A stretch of DNA of 64,000 nt, from the NCBI GenBank assembly GCA_037379345.1, contig CM074511.1, positions 28,960,862 through 29,024,861 of the forward strand, given 5' to 3'. Of this stretch, positions 25,810 to 38,359 are shown in pieces; within the stretch, counting starts at the first letter, position 1, and each line of letters begins with the position of its first letter. This stretch comes from Perna viridis. Its lineage: Eukaryota. The position numbers and the translations under genes are program-made. A model generated the notes under the pieces. That model saw nothing but the letters and a program-made list of their open reading frames with translations, made no database searches and was not told the DNA's origin.

Positions 25810-27317
25810 CTTATGTATTTGATTCAAATACTGTTGGAGAGAGGTTACTCCTTGAAAACCATAAATCTGTGCTATCTTCTTTTGGTCTCTCTGCCAAGGA
25901 CGATGATTGTGATTTACCATCTATGTACTGGATTCCTAACTTCCACAAAAATCCATACAAACAACGTTTCATAGCTGGATCTGCAAAATGTACCACCAAA
26001 CCTCTTTCAAAACTTTTAACTTCTATACTCACAAATGTCAAAGAGGGTCTGCAGTCCTACCACAACACTTGTTACTCCGGTAGTGGTATTAATTCAATGT
26101 GGATCCTGAAAAATTCGAAAGATCTTTTGGAAACAATTAGTTCAAGACTATTATATGAATATAATAGCATTAAAACCTACGATTTTTCAACACTGTATAC
26201 TTCTATTCCCCATACTCACTTAAAATCCCGACTTAAAAACATTATACATCGTTGTTTTTCGAAAAAAAGATGGTACACCTAGATACAAATATATAGTTCT
26301 TGATAGAGATTCCTCATACTTTGTAAGAAATAATTCCAAATCATCTTCCAAATATACAGAGGAAGATGTTTACAAAATGCTAGAATTTTTAATCGACAAC
26401 ATATTTTTCCAGTGTGGTGGACGTGTTTTTCAACAAATGGTCGGCATTCCAATGGGAACAAATTGTACTCCTTTACTTGCTGACCTATTCCTTCACTTTT
26501 ATGAGGCTGACTTTATAGCTGATCTGATCAGAAAGAAAGAATATCGTTTGGCTAGATCCTTCAATCTCAGTTTCCGCTATATAGATGACGTATTATCTTT
26601 AAACAATCCTAATTTCGGGGATTTGATACATTGCATCTACCCAAAAGAAACTGAGATAAAGGATACTACAGACATTGTGAAGTCAGCCTCATATTTTGAC
26701 CTACACTTAGAAATCGATGGTAAAGGAAAGCTATTGACCAAACTTTACGACAAACGTGATGACATTTCATTCAGAATTGTCAACTTTCCTTTCGTCTGTG
26801 GCAACATTCCTTCGGCTCCTGCGTATGGAGTGTTCATATCACAACTCATACGTTATGCCAGAGCTTGCCGAAACTACGCAGACTTTTTGTATCGCGCTAG
26901 AACTCTAACAAATAGGCTTCTAGAACAGGGTTATGTTGCTACAAGATTGAAGTTTTATGGTCGTCATCATGAACTCGTGGATCGATATGGTGTATCCATC
27001 TGCACCATGAAAACTGATTTATTCAGCGGGTCATAGTTTTCTTTTCCTCGTTTGTCTATCCCGGACTTGACTTTTTATGAACAACTCGGCCGGTGTTTCT
27101 AGAAAAGCAGAGGACGCTTACCCTACCGGTGCACCTGGTCCATGCTCCCAGTTTTTAGTGGAGTCCGAGTTGCTCCTTTGCGTTTGTTACTTTGTATGTA
27201 TGATTTTAGTTACTTTATGTTCTTTGTTGTGTATGTCTGTTTTCCATGTCGGGTCTTTGTCCCTGGATTACATTCTTTTGATTACCGCTATAACCTTGGT
27301 TCCCTTGATTACTCTTA
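25810..27317 (+). mobile_element. 5'-truncated Penelope-like retroelement, RT with no C-terminal endonuclease (Naiad-type architecture), plus 3' UTR
   Basis: RT motifs YWIPNFHK, DFSTLYT, GIPMGTNC.PLLADL, YIDD, LYDKRDD and YGVFISQLIRY. A single frameshift in the A-run near 26262-26268 joins the two ORFs. The ORF ends at 27036 without GIY-YIG. The Naiad call is inferred from architecture. Confidence 0.85.
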
Positions 27318-28419
27318 TTTCTGTATTAATTATAACAGTATTTAATTTTGTTATTTCATACTTATAGTTAATTTCACCGGTAAAATGCATCAATAAACAA
27401 GATAATCATATGTTATTTAACTTACTTTAGCACAATTGAGGGCATATTGAGTATAATTAACAAAATGAACCACTATGCATCACATAAAACATTATATTAA
27501 CACAGTTTATTTTCAACATGTCAAAAATATGCATTGAAAGAAGCACTGCTAATCACATAAGATTTATGTCGGTAGTTATCTTGGGTGGGTCCGGTATATA
27601 TTTATTTTGAGCGGTCTTTGCTTGAAGAGTGTATCCTTAAAAGGGTATTGGTAGTTACTCAAAAATCTGTACAATGTCATCGTTCTATTCGGATAAGTGA
27701 TGCCTGATGATTGGTATTGGCATGAACTCTCTTTTGTACCTTTGTTTCGTCGTTGACATGCAGTTATATTCATCATCGCTCTTCAGTCGCTTCCAACCAA
27801 GTATGAAGAAAAAATAGTCCTAGAAAGCCACCCTTTCAAAGAAAAGAAATGACGCAGCGAATGGGTTTATTGTTTTGTAGTATTCCAGGGTGTTCAGCCA
27901 AAGTCAATACAAATGGGGGTCAAATTTGATTTAAAACCCAAAACAAGCCAACTTAAAATAGCAGATGGTGTAAAACTTGTTTTAATAATACGAGTCTCCT
28001 TGTCATGTTTCATTCGTGCAATTGACAGCTTAAAACAAATGACAATGCTTGCTTAAAAAGATTTGATCGTTTGAACATTAAAATCGAAGCATGGGTGCAG
28101 AAAGCTATAACTATAAATTTGTTTTTGTTTTATTATTCATTTTATTTTATAATAATATTTTAGATATTCCTTTGGGAGATCAACGGAGAAAAAACAAACG
28201 TTGTATGGTTTCATCTAATCATATTTTATTTATCATATTAATCAAAATTTGATGCCCTACAAATTTCAAAATACTAGTACCTAAAACACTGAGGCCTCAA
28301 TTCTAGTATTGCACATGGTGGAACCTCTCGGTAAGTTTTTTTTGCTTTCTATTTCATACATTTTGGTTTTGAATACTTGTATACAATAATTATTTTGATT
28401 AACATCTACCTATATAGTT

Positions 28420-28470
28420 GATTCTAGTGCTCTGATGAGATGTTACTTCTTGAGACACGTGTACTGCATT
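28420..28470 (+). ncRNA. Degenerate minimal hammerhead-ribozyme-like motif
   Basis: CTGATGA (28432-28438), a weak stem II, GAGAC in place of GAAAC (28452-28456), palindromic ACACGTGT stem III, then a GTA site. The core is mutated. Confidence 0.35.
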
Positions 28471-28898
28471 TCGAAATATGAAATATATATGATTGGTATT
28501 TTTGTATTTACCTGGGTAAACATTTGTCTGTTGGATTTTTCGTTATTTTGGCTAATTCTAGGCGTGTTAATCTGGAGTAACCAGGCTCATCAAAAAGAAA
28601 ATGAACAACTGTCAAAAAAGAGATAAGAAATAATTGTCTACCTTTCCCTTTTAAAAATGCAGCATCTGTCAGTAATATTTCCGGGCAGGGATGTGCACGT
28701 GCTGCTCGAAGAATGCAACTTTAATTGGCTTTAATTAATTAATTAAACAGGCAAGATGCAAAGTTTATATGTATGTTGGTGTTAGATATTTTATTATGAA
28801 CATACAAGTGTGAACACTGGTATTGCCCGAGGGGCAAGTATGTACGCAGACTGGTATTGCCAAATAAAGCATATTTGAACATACATACATTTTGTCTT

Positions 28899-29100
28899 GA
28901 AAGAGTAACCAATGGAACCAAGATTCTAGCAGAGATCAAAGGAATGTAATCAGGGACAAAGACCACACATGGGAAACAGACAAACACAGCAATGAACATA
29001 AATTAACTAAAATAATACATACAAAGTAACAAAGTAAATGAAAAACTCGGACTCCACTTAAAACTGGGAGCATGACCCAGGTGCACCGATAGGATGAACG
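28899..29100 (-). mobile_element. 3'-end fragment of the Penelope-like family
   Basis: Reverse-complement match to the 27115-27317 region. Confidence 0.85.
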
Positions 29101-29269
29101 TGTTCGCATCGTTCAGAAAACTCCTCCTAAACAACTACTGATATCAATAAATGGAGAACAAATTCCACAAAGACTTGCCACAACCAAAAAGAAATGTCAT
29201 ATACATATTCTTCCTTGAAGGTGTACTTACATGGATGTTTTGAACTTGCTATGTCATGTTAATAAATGG

Positions 29270-29550
29270 TAGGGGCCATAAACTAAAACAAGTACTATCT
29301 TAAAAAAGATAGCCGACGCAGTAAAATTTTGTTTTTTTTTAAGTTTCTACACATGTTTCAAGAAAATAACACATGGCACGCAATTTCAAATTTTCGATTG
29401 TTCTTTTTTCGAACGCAATTTCAAAATTTCGATACAGTTTTTTTGAACGCCACTAAGTTAGCAGTATTTCAGGTGAATTGCGTTTCCATAAAAGAGCGTT
29501 CTTAAGGTCAAATGGTAGAAAGCGAAACTATACCGACTGAGTCGGAAAAA
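29270..29550. repeat. Interspersed repeat; other copies at ~48768-49040 and 1-60
   Basis: Shared AACAAGTACTATCTT.AAAAAGATAGC.GACGCA...GAACGCCACTAAGTTA and AAGAGCGT.CT.AAGGTCAAA...GCGAAACTATACCGACTG. Confidence 0.75.
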
Positions 29551-31911
29551 AAATAAATAGTAGCAATCATTAATTAGTAGTTAGTAAAATCATATCAAAA
29601 TTTCATAACAATTGATCATCCATAATCATAAAGTCATCGCATGAAAATCAAGTGAGTATGGACGACAATGACGTCGCTGTCAGCACCATTTTTCAACCTT
29701 AGGGCCTAATTAGTAGTATATGATTTGCTAAGAATTTACATATATAATGTCTGTTTTTACATTAGTCCTAGTTTAACAGTTCTCTAGCAAAGAAGAATAA
29801 AACTGCATAATGGGAAAATTTTCCACTTACAGTCATATACGCAAGGAAAAACATCCGAAATTCTTATGAAACTAAAATACAATACCGGTATATAAGGGAC
29901 TTCAAGGCTAAATCCACCGGTACTGACACAATAAACACTTCAAAATCAATATTTCAACTAAATCTTGTATCGAACAATTTTATCTAATCCTAAATAGTCA
30001 CATACATTCGTAGCCTGAAAAATGTTTCCTAAAAAAAGTTTCCGATCACCCTACTGACCCTCCTTCAGACCCCCTACTCATAAAGTTTTTATTTAAAACT
30101 TTGAAGAGAGAAAAAAACGTAAACATTCTGTCGATCGTCTTTCAGAAAAAAAAGAAAAAAATGAACACACATGCCATGAGTGTACTCTTTGTCGTGGATA
30201 ATCCCTTTCTGGAATTCGGAACTTGAGATATTTTTTGTTTTTACCACCTCCGTCAAAACAAAAAAAATTACTCATGCGCCGAATCCCAAAAGGGATTAGG
30301 CTGTGGACTAAGTCTATTACATGTTTAGTCTTTGCATATTTGGTTTTCATTGTATCTTTATTACTTATTTCATTTCAAAAATATCAAATGAAAATAGAAA
30401 TTCCTACCTACCGATCCTACAAAATTTTAGAATAGTGCTCGGAAACATAACATTATTTGTTTCGGCCTTGGAAATTTCTCATCAATTGACTGGCATGCAC
30501 CAATATCTGTCTTCCATGCACTGGAAAGTGTTGATTTTATCCCAAAAAAATATTTTGCTGGGTCAAAGATTCAAATGATCTAAGAAGGGCACAAACGTTC
30601 CCTGCGTTTCAAACTAAACCAACTAAAAATTCATTCCTCCCTCCCCATTTTCTACAATAAACTGATTCCACTAAAATAGCTTCTTGAAGTACAACATCAA
30701 GATTTGTACCTGTGCATGAGAAATGATTTTTTGTCATAGTTTACTTCTTTCATTTCTACGTAATCTCCCAAGAGATGCTCCTAGCAAAGTCTCTGCGATG
30801 TCGCCGACATAGTCCTTGCGATGTCCCCTACAAAATCCGCTGCAATGTCCCCAGTTCGACTCTGGGAGCCTCCAATCTCAGAATTGTATTTTCCTACGCA
30901 TCTGGAGATTTTCTTTCTGTTTTATAATTGCACGTAATGGTTTCCGAATCCTTTACTTCAATTTTATGTCTTAACTTTCGATTTTTTAATATTGCACGTA
31001 AAGAAGTTGCACTTTTCTTTAAATCCTGACATGTCACTCCACTACCAAATCAAGTATATATACTCCGATGTATAAGGACATAGCAAACATATCTAAACCC
31101 AAAATCCTACAACTTACCCACGTAAAAACACCCACATAAATGCTGCTTATAGTTTTCAATGAAAACCATTCTTTGTTGTTTATTAAATATAACTACAATT
31201 TGTTAAAGAAATAAAGATAGAAGTACAATTGTTCCATGCAACGGTAGGTTCTTTTTGCGTCCATTTATGCATGTAGCATTGTCTGAGGGCATGCTCATTC
31301 GTTTTGACTCAGAAGGGTATGTACAATATTCATTTACATGGACAAACAAAAAGGCGAATCCAGTCAGAACACAACTTGTGCCAACGAGACTTGCAGAAAT
31401 CAGGACATTTTTTTTTCAACTTCATATTTGTTCTTGAACTTTCCATTACCGTAATCATTGAATTTATTAAATTCAGGACTGATCTAGTTTAAGTTCACCT
31501 CATCTCCTTCATCGCCTACAATTTGATAACCTTTTGAATGGTATAATGTCAGTGTTGAAATCATGTATAAGAAGCCTTTATTAAATTTTGGAATGATTAA
31601 TCATTAATCAAACGAAAAACAATAGAAATGATTTGAAAGCCTACTGTTTTTCAGAGTCTTCAGTTCTTTGAGGTTGAAGGCACGGTAAGCCGTCATACTT
31701 ATGAGATAAGAGGTGCAAAGTGAAACTTGTCCCTTTGTTTGTGTCTAACATCATTCGCAATGTTGCCATACCATCATGTCGGAAAAAATAACATTGTTGT
31801 CATAGCGATTTTCCATGTTCATCGCTATGAATCTAATATATGTATATTTAAGTAACTTAATAATCACTTTTATATGAAATTTTAACACCGTTTAAACAAA
31901 TACAATAAGTC

Positions 31912-34461
31912 ATGAAAATGTTGTGTTTGCAAATGATTCTGGTTACGTTTTGAGTATGTTTGATTACGAGTCAACTTAGTGATTCTCATCCGTGCAAAGT
32001 TACTGGAAAAGCAGCAGACTGTTTTAACAAAAATCTTCAATCTATTCCACAAGACTTGCCATTGGGTATAAATATACTGGATTTAAGACTCAATTACATA
32101 AAAGGACTGGAAGACAATGTTTTTATGAGATACAGTCGCTTGACAAGTCTACATCTTGATAAGAATCGCATATCGTCCATCAAGAGAAAATCATTTAGTG
32201 GTTTAATGAGGCTTCATAATTTGACAATGTCTGACAATTTCCTGAATATTTCTGAAGCATATGCACCAGACGTATTTGAACCACTGAGGTCAATGAGACA
32301 CATAAACGTAGGAAGGAATATTGAGGAAGGTTTAAGAACGAAATTTAATTATCCCTATTTGGGTGATATGCACCATTTAACGAGTTTATCTATCGATCTT
32401 GTGTCGTCACTTCTCTTCTATACATGTGGATTTCAAATTCTTAATGAATTAAGGATATTAATATTTGAAACCTGTTATTTGGAACATTTTACCAATCAAA
32501 CGTTTTCTGCAATGACTAATTCTATAGAGGAAGTGTACCTAAAGGATTGTACGTCTGTTCATACCGTTCAACCAGATTTTCTCTTCCTGTATACTAGATT
32601 AAACGTACTCAGTATCTACCATTCTAACATAGTGTTAAACGTGGCTTTCAAACTTTTATATCCGTTTAAAAAAAAGAACATGAAAGCTATTGAATTTACG
32701 AAGGTTAACCCGGGATAAGCCGATCCTACAGACGCGGTCAGATTGACAAAAGAAATGGTGAAGCATTTTCAAAAAATATGCGTTACTTCGCTCATGTTGA
32801 TGGAGGTTGAGCCAAATACGATTCTGAAATACGACTTTTCGTACTGTTTAAAAGAAATTGTTTTGTCTGGAAATAGATTTCCTCTTTTTAAAGGATTTAC
32901 ACTTTACAATTGGTGGAGCCTCGCCTCGAAATTAAGGAAATTGACTTTATTTGAAGTTTCGTACAATTCATATTCTATGGGCAATGTAAGGTTCCGTGAG
33001 AACTTTCCTCATCAGCGTGTTTACGGATTTGACAAAGTAGGTATGAATGGAATACGCAATAAAACTAGTCAAATAAATTGTGACATGAAATAAATTTTAT
33101 ACGATAACATGAATAAAACGAATAACTTCATAAATGACCAAGGCGAAATTTTATTTCCACTGCCTTCCAGGTTGCGGATACTACGCATCTCAAATTATAA
33201 CAGTAATCAGAAATTGTCATGCAAATTAAAACTCACTAACGCGTCATCACTTGAACTTTAAGATCTATGGAACTTCGGTCCGTACTATTTCCCAGAAATG
33301 ACCATCGAAAATGGGTCAAACATCAAAACTATAAAACTAAGCCAAATTTTCACATGGAGGAAATCAATATCGCTGTTCGAAAAAGCAAAAATTGTTTCAA
33401 TGAGCAGTAGTGGAATTTGGAATTATATCCAGCATCATCCAACGTGTTTTTAATTCGCACCGGAAGTAGAAAAACTCATGGAATAACCTTTGACGGCTAA
33501 GAAAAGATACATTCTTGAACAAAAAAAACCTGAAATCACTTGATATTCGTAGCAACTTTTTCGATGATTTTCCTGATTCAATTCTGAATATTAAATCGCT
33601 TAAGTAGTTAGACGCGCGTTGGAACATGCTAGATAACATTAATAGGACTTTGCGAAACTATTTCGATCAGCAGCAAAGAAAATATGGCCAATTCCATATA
33701 CTGCTAAAAGGCAATGTTTTCAAATGTGTATATGAGACTGCTGGGTTTGTGCTTTGGTTGAATAAGACAAAGGTAACTTTTGACGCTGATGATTACAAGT
33801 GTATGTTGCGCAATAGTTCAGTTATATGGACTAGCACCGTCATAAAAATTTCGACAAGATTTTTGGCCCCTGCAACAGTACAACATGGCTAATTATCGGT
33901 ATCGGTCTTTTGGCTGCTTTTGTGGTCTTAGCGATTCCAATAGCTCGTGTGGTTAATTATAAATGGCAAATCAGCTACTGGATTTATCGCAAGTTCAAGA
34001 AGGTCGTCGAACTTGAAATGAAAGAAAAGTTTCTATATGATATATACGTTTCCTATACAAATGATACTGCCAACTGGAGAAAAAACACACTGCTGTCAAA
34101 GCTAGAGCAGTCATGGGGACTGAAAATGTGTATTGAAGACCGAGACATTCTCATTGGTGGTTCTCATGCTGATGCGATAGCGGGCTCTATATCTGAAAGT
34201 AGACACGTCATATTTGTTTTAAACAACTCTTTCATAAACAAACATTGGGGCGGTTACGAATTGCAAAGAGCAAAGTATGAGATGTGCACTAAGTCCCTTC
34301 AACAAATAATCGTAATTGCAAAAGGAATTTCTGTGGAAAATTTCCCACCCGAACTTGAAAACATTTGGGAAGACATTATTCTAATTTTCTGTGACGGATA
34401 TTCAGAGGACGAAAATGGTTGGGACAAACTTCGGATGGCTTTGTTTACAGAGTTCATTTGA
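31912..34461 (+). pseudogene. TLR: Toll-like receptor pseudogene, tandem paralogue of 18306-20864
   Basis: Colinear with the intact TLR. Stops near 31951, 32716, 33091, 33450, 33492 and 33606, and frameshifts near 33476 and 33845. TM-TIR is open to the homologous stop. Confidence 0.93.
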
Positions 34462-35796
34462 CTGCAATATTACACGATGGTGGTCATTGTTAAACGCAGA
34501 CAAAATTATGAATGGAAAATGTACATGTATTAGATGTCGATGAACCCAAATGAGCCTCTGTTGCTTTCTTTCTAAAATGTGGTTTTAAGTTGCTACAAAC
34601 ATGATCATATATAACGAATATTTAGAACATCTATACACTTATATAAGAAATAACGCATTAAAAAATGGAAAGTTATAATTCAAAAGTTTTATTAGAGGTC
34701 AAAGAAAGGGAAAACAAAAAGATAGTGTTAAAATTGGCAACACTCTTATTATTATTCATCAAGCTATGACCATTCATAGACTAGCATAGAAGTTTATCAA
34801 ATTATGTACACTGCAAGAAAATATTTTTTTAAATCTTGTTAGCCGGCAGAAGTATCTTGCCCTTTGATTACTTTAGTGAGCTCATTGTTTCTCTAATCTA
34901 AGAAGAAGATAATCTTTGGGTATGTACGTAATGTCCATCATATTTATACAATGTACGTATTAGCATAAACACAAGTAGCGGTAATGCTTATGAGCTTGAG
35001 TTTCTTTCTGAGCACTGAAGTCTAAACTCGAGAGTTTGAATGATAGACTTTTAGTCTGTTCAACCGTAAATTACTAAATGGCCTTCTAGTTTGGTATTTT
35101 CCCAGAGTTTCTGTTGTTCGTTTTTCATGGTGTGTTTTTTTAATGTTTTTCGACTCATTCGTCGTCAGTATTGTGCAGACTATTCTATAATTCATACATT
35201 TTGTGCACGGTAGCGCAGTTGTTTCAAATTATATCCCGACAATCCTGTATACTTATAACACTTTAAATTTATGAAAATTTATACAGCAATTCAGACAGAA
35301 TTTCGTACATTTTGAAGCAGTGCAATACTCGTATAATATTTATGTAGTCTACACTATATACAACCACTTCCTATCCTCCGGGTGGGAGACTCGTTCTAGT
35401 GAATTCACGCGATCACCACTCCTACCGCGTTAGCCGTATTGGCGTTGTATATTCTCGTATTAGCCTTGAATGATGACAATTTAATTACTGAGAGGGCAGT
35501 TTTACCCGTATTTAGTCAAATATATTCTAGTTAATTAATAAATGATAAATCTACCCCAGGTACGTTGTATGAACAATAGAGGCGGGACGGCGAGTCGTTC
35601 TATTTAGTAAGGGATCTGAAACATGACTATATGTGTACTAGTTTTTGTTTTGTCGCCGATTTAATGATTTACTCTTGCAAAAACACACACACAAATCTAT
35701 GAATAACATCTCTCATACTTTCAAAATTGTTTATCTACCGCACATAAAATAATTCTCCCAATTCCAAGAGCTGGCAAAATGATATCTGCTTTGAAA

Positions 35797-36836
35797 GGCT
35801 TGTTCCCTTTTCGCCTTAGCTGTCAAATTCGGTACATAAAATTATTCCCATTTCGCCATAGTAAAATTTGGGGTGAACTACGGCGAAATGGAAACTTGTG
35901 TAAACATGTAATTTTAAGTGCAAGTTGTGTTTTTATAGCATTTAAACCTAATACATACATGTATATGTAAATCTTTATATTGTTTGTTGCAATTTTTGGT
36001 CAATTTATTTTTATTTTGTGAAGTGTTTAAATGGTATTAGTTGGGTTTTTGTCTTAATTTTTTTATGAATGGCCTTTTCAGTTTCTGATTTTAATCACCT
36101 TTTTCTTTTTTTATGGATACTACTAAAGAACAAATTCAAAATAAATATGACGGACCACTTTGATAGCGACTTGACTCAGACAGTATCAGGCTGAGGTTAG
36201 CAGAAGACAGTATCAGGCTGAGGTCAGCGGCACAATTGCTAAGGTTCATAGACCATATATAATAATCAGTGAAGCTTCAAGATGGTCTGGCTGCATCTCC
36301 TTTGTGATTTGTCTTTATGTATAAGCAACTTAACGCTCAATTATATGATGTTTAGCCTATTTCATTTAATTTAACAATTATTTATGTTCCCAAATATATA
36401 ATGTCAATTTATTGAATTTGCAAATAAATAAAGAATTTGAAGATTACATATTTGTGTACATGTGTTTTAAAAAAAAATCATATCTCATTTTCAAACTTAA
36501 TTATTTTTGTTTTTTTAATAGTCCCTGAATTGTGTGTGTACTAAAATATGAAACAATTTATATATATTTTATTAGTATCTTATTTAAATGAATTTTTGTC
36601 AAGACAAATCATGACTTGAAAAGTATTCAAATATTTTTTAAATTAGCGGCTTAAAAGGAAACAAAGCATATAAAAATTTATTTTATAATTATTTTGCCTT
36701 AATCATTGTAACAAGACCACAATAGTTTAGTGTTTTGTTTTTACAACATAAAAATATTAAAATTCCCATTTCGCCTTAGTACTTTTTTACCAATTTTTAC
36801 TTGTAATTCACAGCTAAGGCGAAATGGGAACACACC
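35797..36836. mobile_element. Non-autonomous MULE-like element
   Basis: TIRs GGCTTGTTCCCTTTTCGCCTTAGCTGT / reverse complement GGTGTGTTCCCATTTCGCCTTAGCTGT. Exact 8-bp TSD CTTTGAAA at 35789-35796 and 36837-36844. Subterminal TTCCCATTTCGCC repeats. Confidence 0.88.
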
Positions 36837-38359
36837 CTTTGAAATTTATATCATGTTCCAAACAAAACAGAATAAAACAAACTATATTTTTGTCAGTAAT
36901 TGTCAGTGTTTCAAAGACTCCGGACTATTTGCACCATCAGCAACAAGAAAAAAGACAAGATTTTCAATGTCACGTTGGTGCATTGAGTAATATCACTGAA
37001 ATGCACAGAAAATGCACATTTCAAGGCAGATAACTCTTGTCAAAGAACTCAATTTTCTAGCATTCTATTGGAAATTTTATGAACAAATCCAGTGATGCAG
37101 AGATCAAATAATGGTCTTTTGAAATGACGAAGCATCCTTGAGTGAAAATGTAATTATTGTCTGATCGGTCAGTTTTTTTATATGCATGTTTCTGATTTTT
37201 CCAATTTTGCCTGATTCTTACAAATGCATAGTAATTATATTTTCCTGCAAATTTATATTTAACTTTCAAAATCATTCTCATGTATCATTTTTTTTTAAAT
37301 AACTGTTTTATAATGTATAAATCCCACTGTGTATCATCAACTTTATCAATAGTTTACAAATATACAAGTGTACATGTATATGCTACATGTATTTTACAGA
37401 TAACAATTCAAAGTTCACAGTTAAATTTGTTCAGTTTTGCTTTATTCTTACAACAATTGGATACTCGGGACTTCCAAATTTATTCACAACCCTGAAAGAT
37501 TTTTTATTACAGTTTGTAGGAATTCCACAAATAAACAAATATACAAAGTAAATAGGTTATCGTATTAAAGGTAACTATTATTCTCACGACCCGAACATGT
37601 GTATTCAAACAAAATATACTGATAGATCGTACAAGAAATATCAAACGGGGATTTAACTATATTTGTAGATAATCCGTTGAATTGAGGACCTTAAAAATAG
37701 GTCTGGATATCAATCAAATGGAATGGCCTAATCTAACGAATGAATATAGTTCAATATTTATCCTGTAAATTTAATTTAGCGTTGGGTTCCCCATTAGCAT
37801 TCTTTATGCGTACGTTAAAGAGTAGCAACAATTGTTCCGTAATGGATTAATAAATATGATAATTTTCCTATAGGATTATCAGATTAACTTGTACAATTAA
37901 ACCGCTCGTTGATATAATTTATTGACACATTGAAGAAGTCTTAATAATTGCTACTAATTAAACAGAAGTAAATGAAATAAAAACGTGCAATCTTGCCCGT
38001 AGGTATATACTCCGTGGGAATTCGGTAATTTTGCATAACAGTTTAAAAGATTGACAGAATAAATATATGGCCGTCGGATAGACATGATTGTATATAATCC
38101 CTGCATATAAAACATATGAATGCACCATCTAGCTGATAGGAATAGTCGAAGTTTGGAGTCATACAGTACGTGATTTTTAGTACCAAAGAACAAGACATAG
38201 ACGGTCGTCAGGATTTATGCGGTAACTTTTACGAAAACAATCCTCTATAACTTAAAGAACGAGTGCATGGATTAAAATTGGATTTAACTTAAAATTCCGC
38301 GGATTATTTGTGTGTACCGTTATTTACAATTTCCTTATCAGAATTGTTCGTGTATTCCT

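Noticed and set aside
27077-27177. SECIS element / selenoprotein retroelement
   Set aside because: The ATGA pairs perfectly with TCAT in intact copies instead of forming the GA quartet, there is no properly spaced AA loop, and the RT fragment has no in-frame TGA.
27077-27367. Recurrent hydrophobic ORFs (also 3396, 28739, 51114, 55322, 55333)
   Set aside because: Translations of the T-rich 3' UTR repeat; frames and lengths vary between copies.
35135-35170. Minus-strand CTGACGA...GAAA hammerhead
   Set aside because: Stem II would close with a C-C mismatch, and there is no stem III or NUH site.
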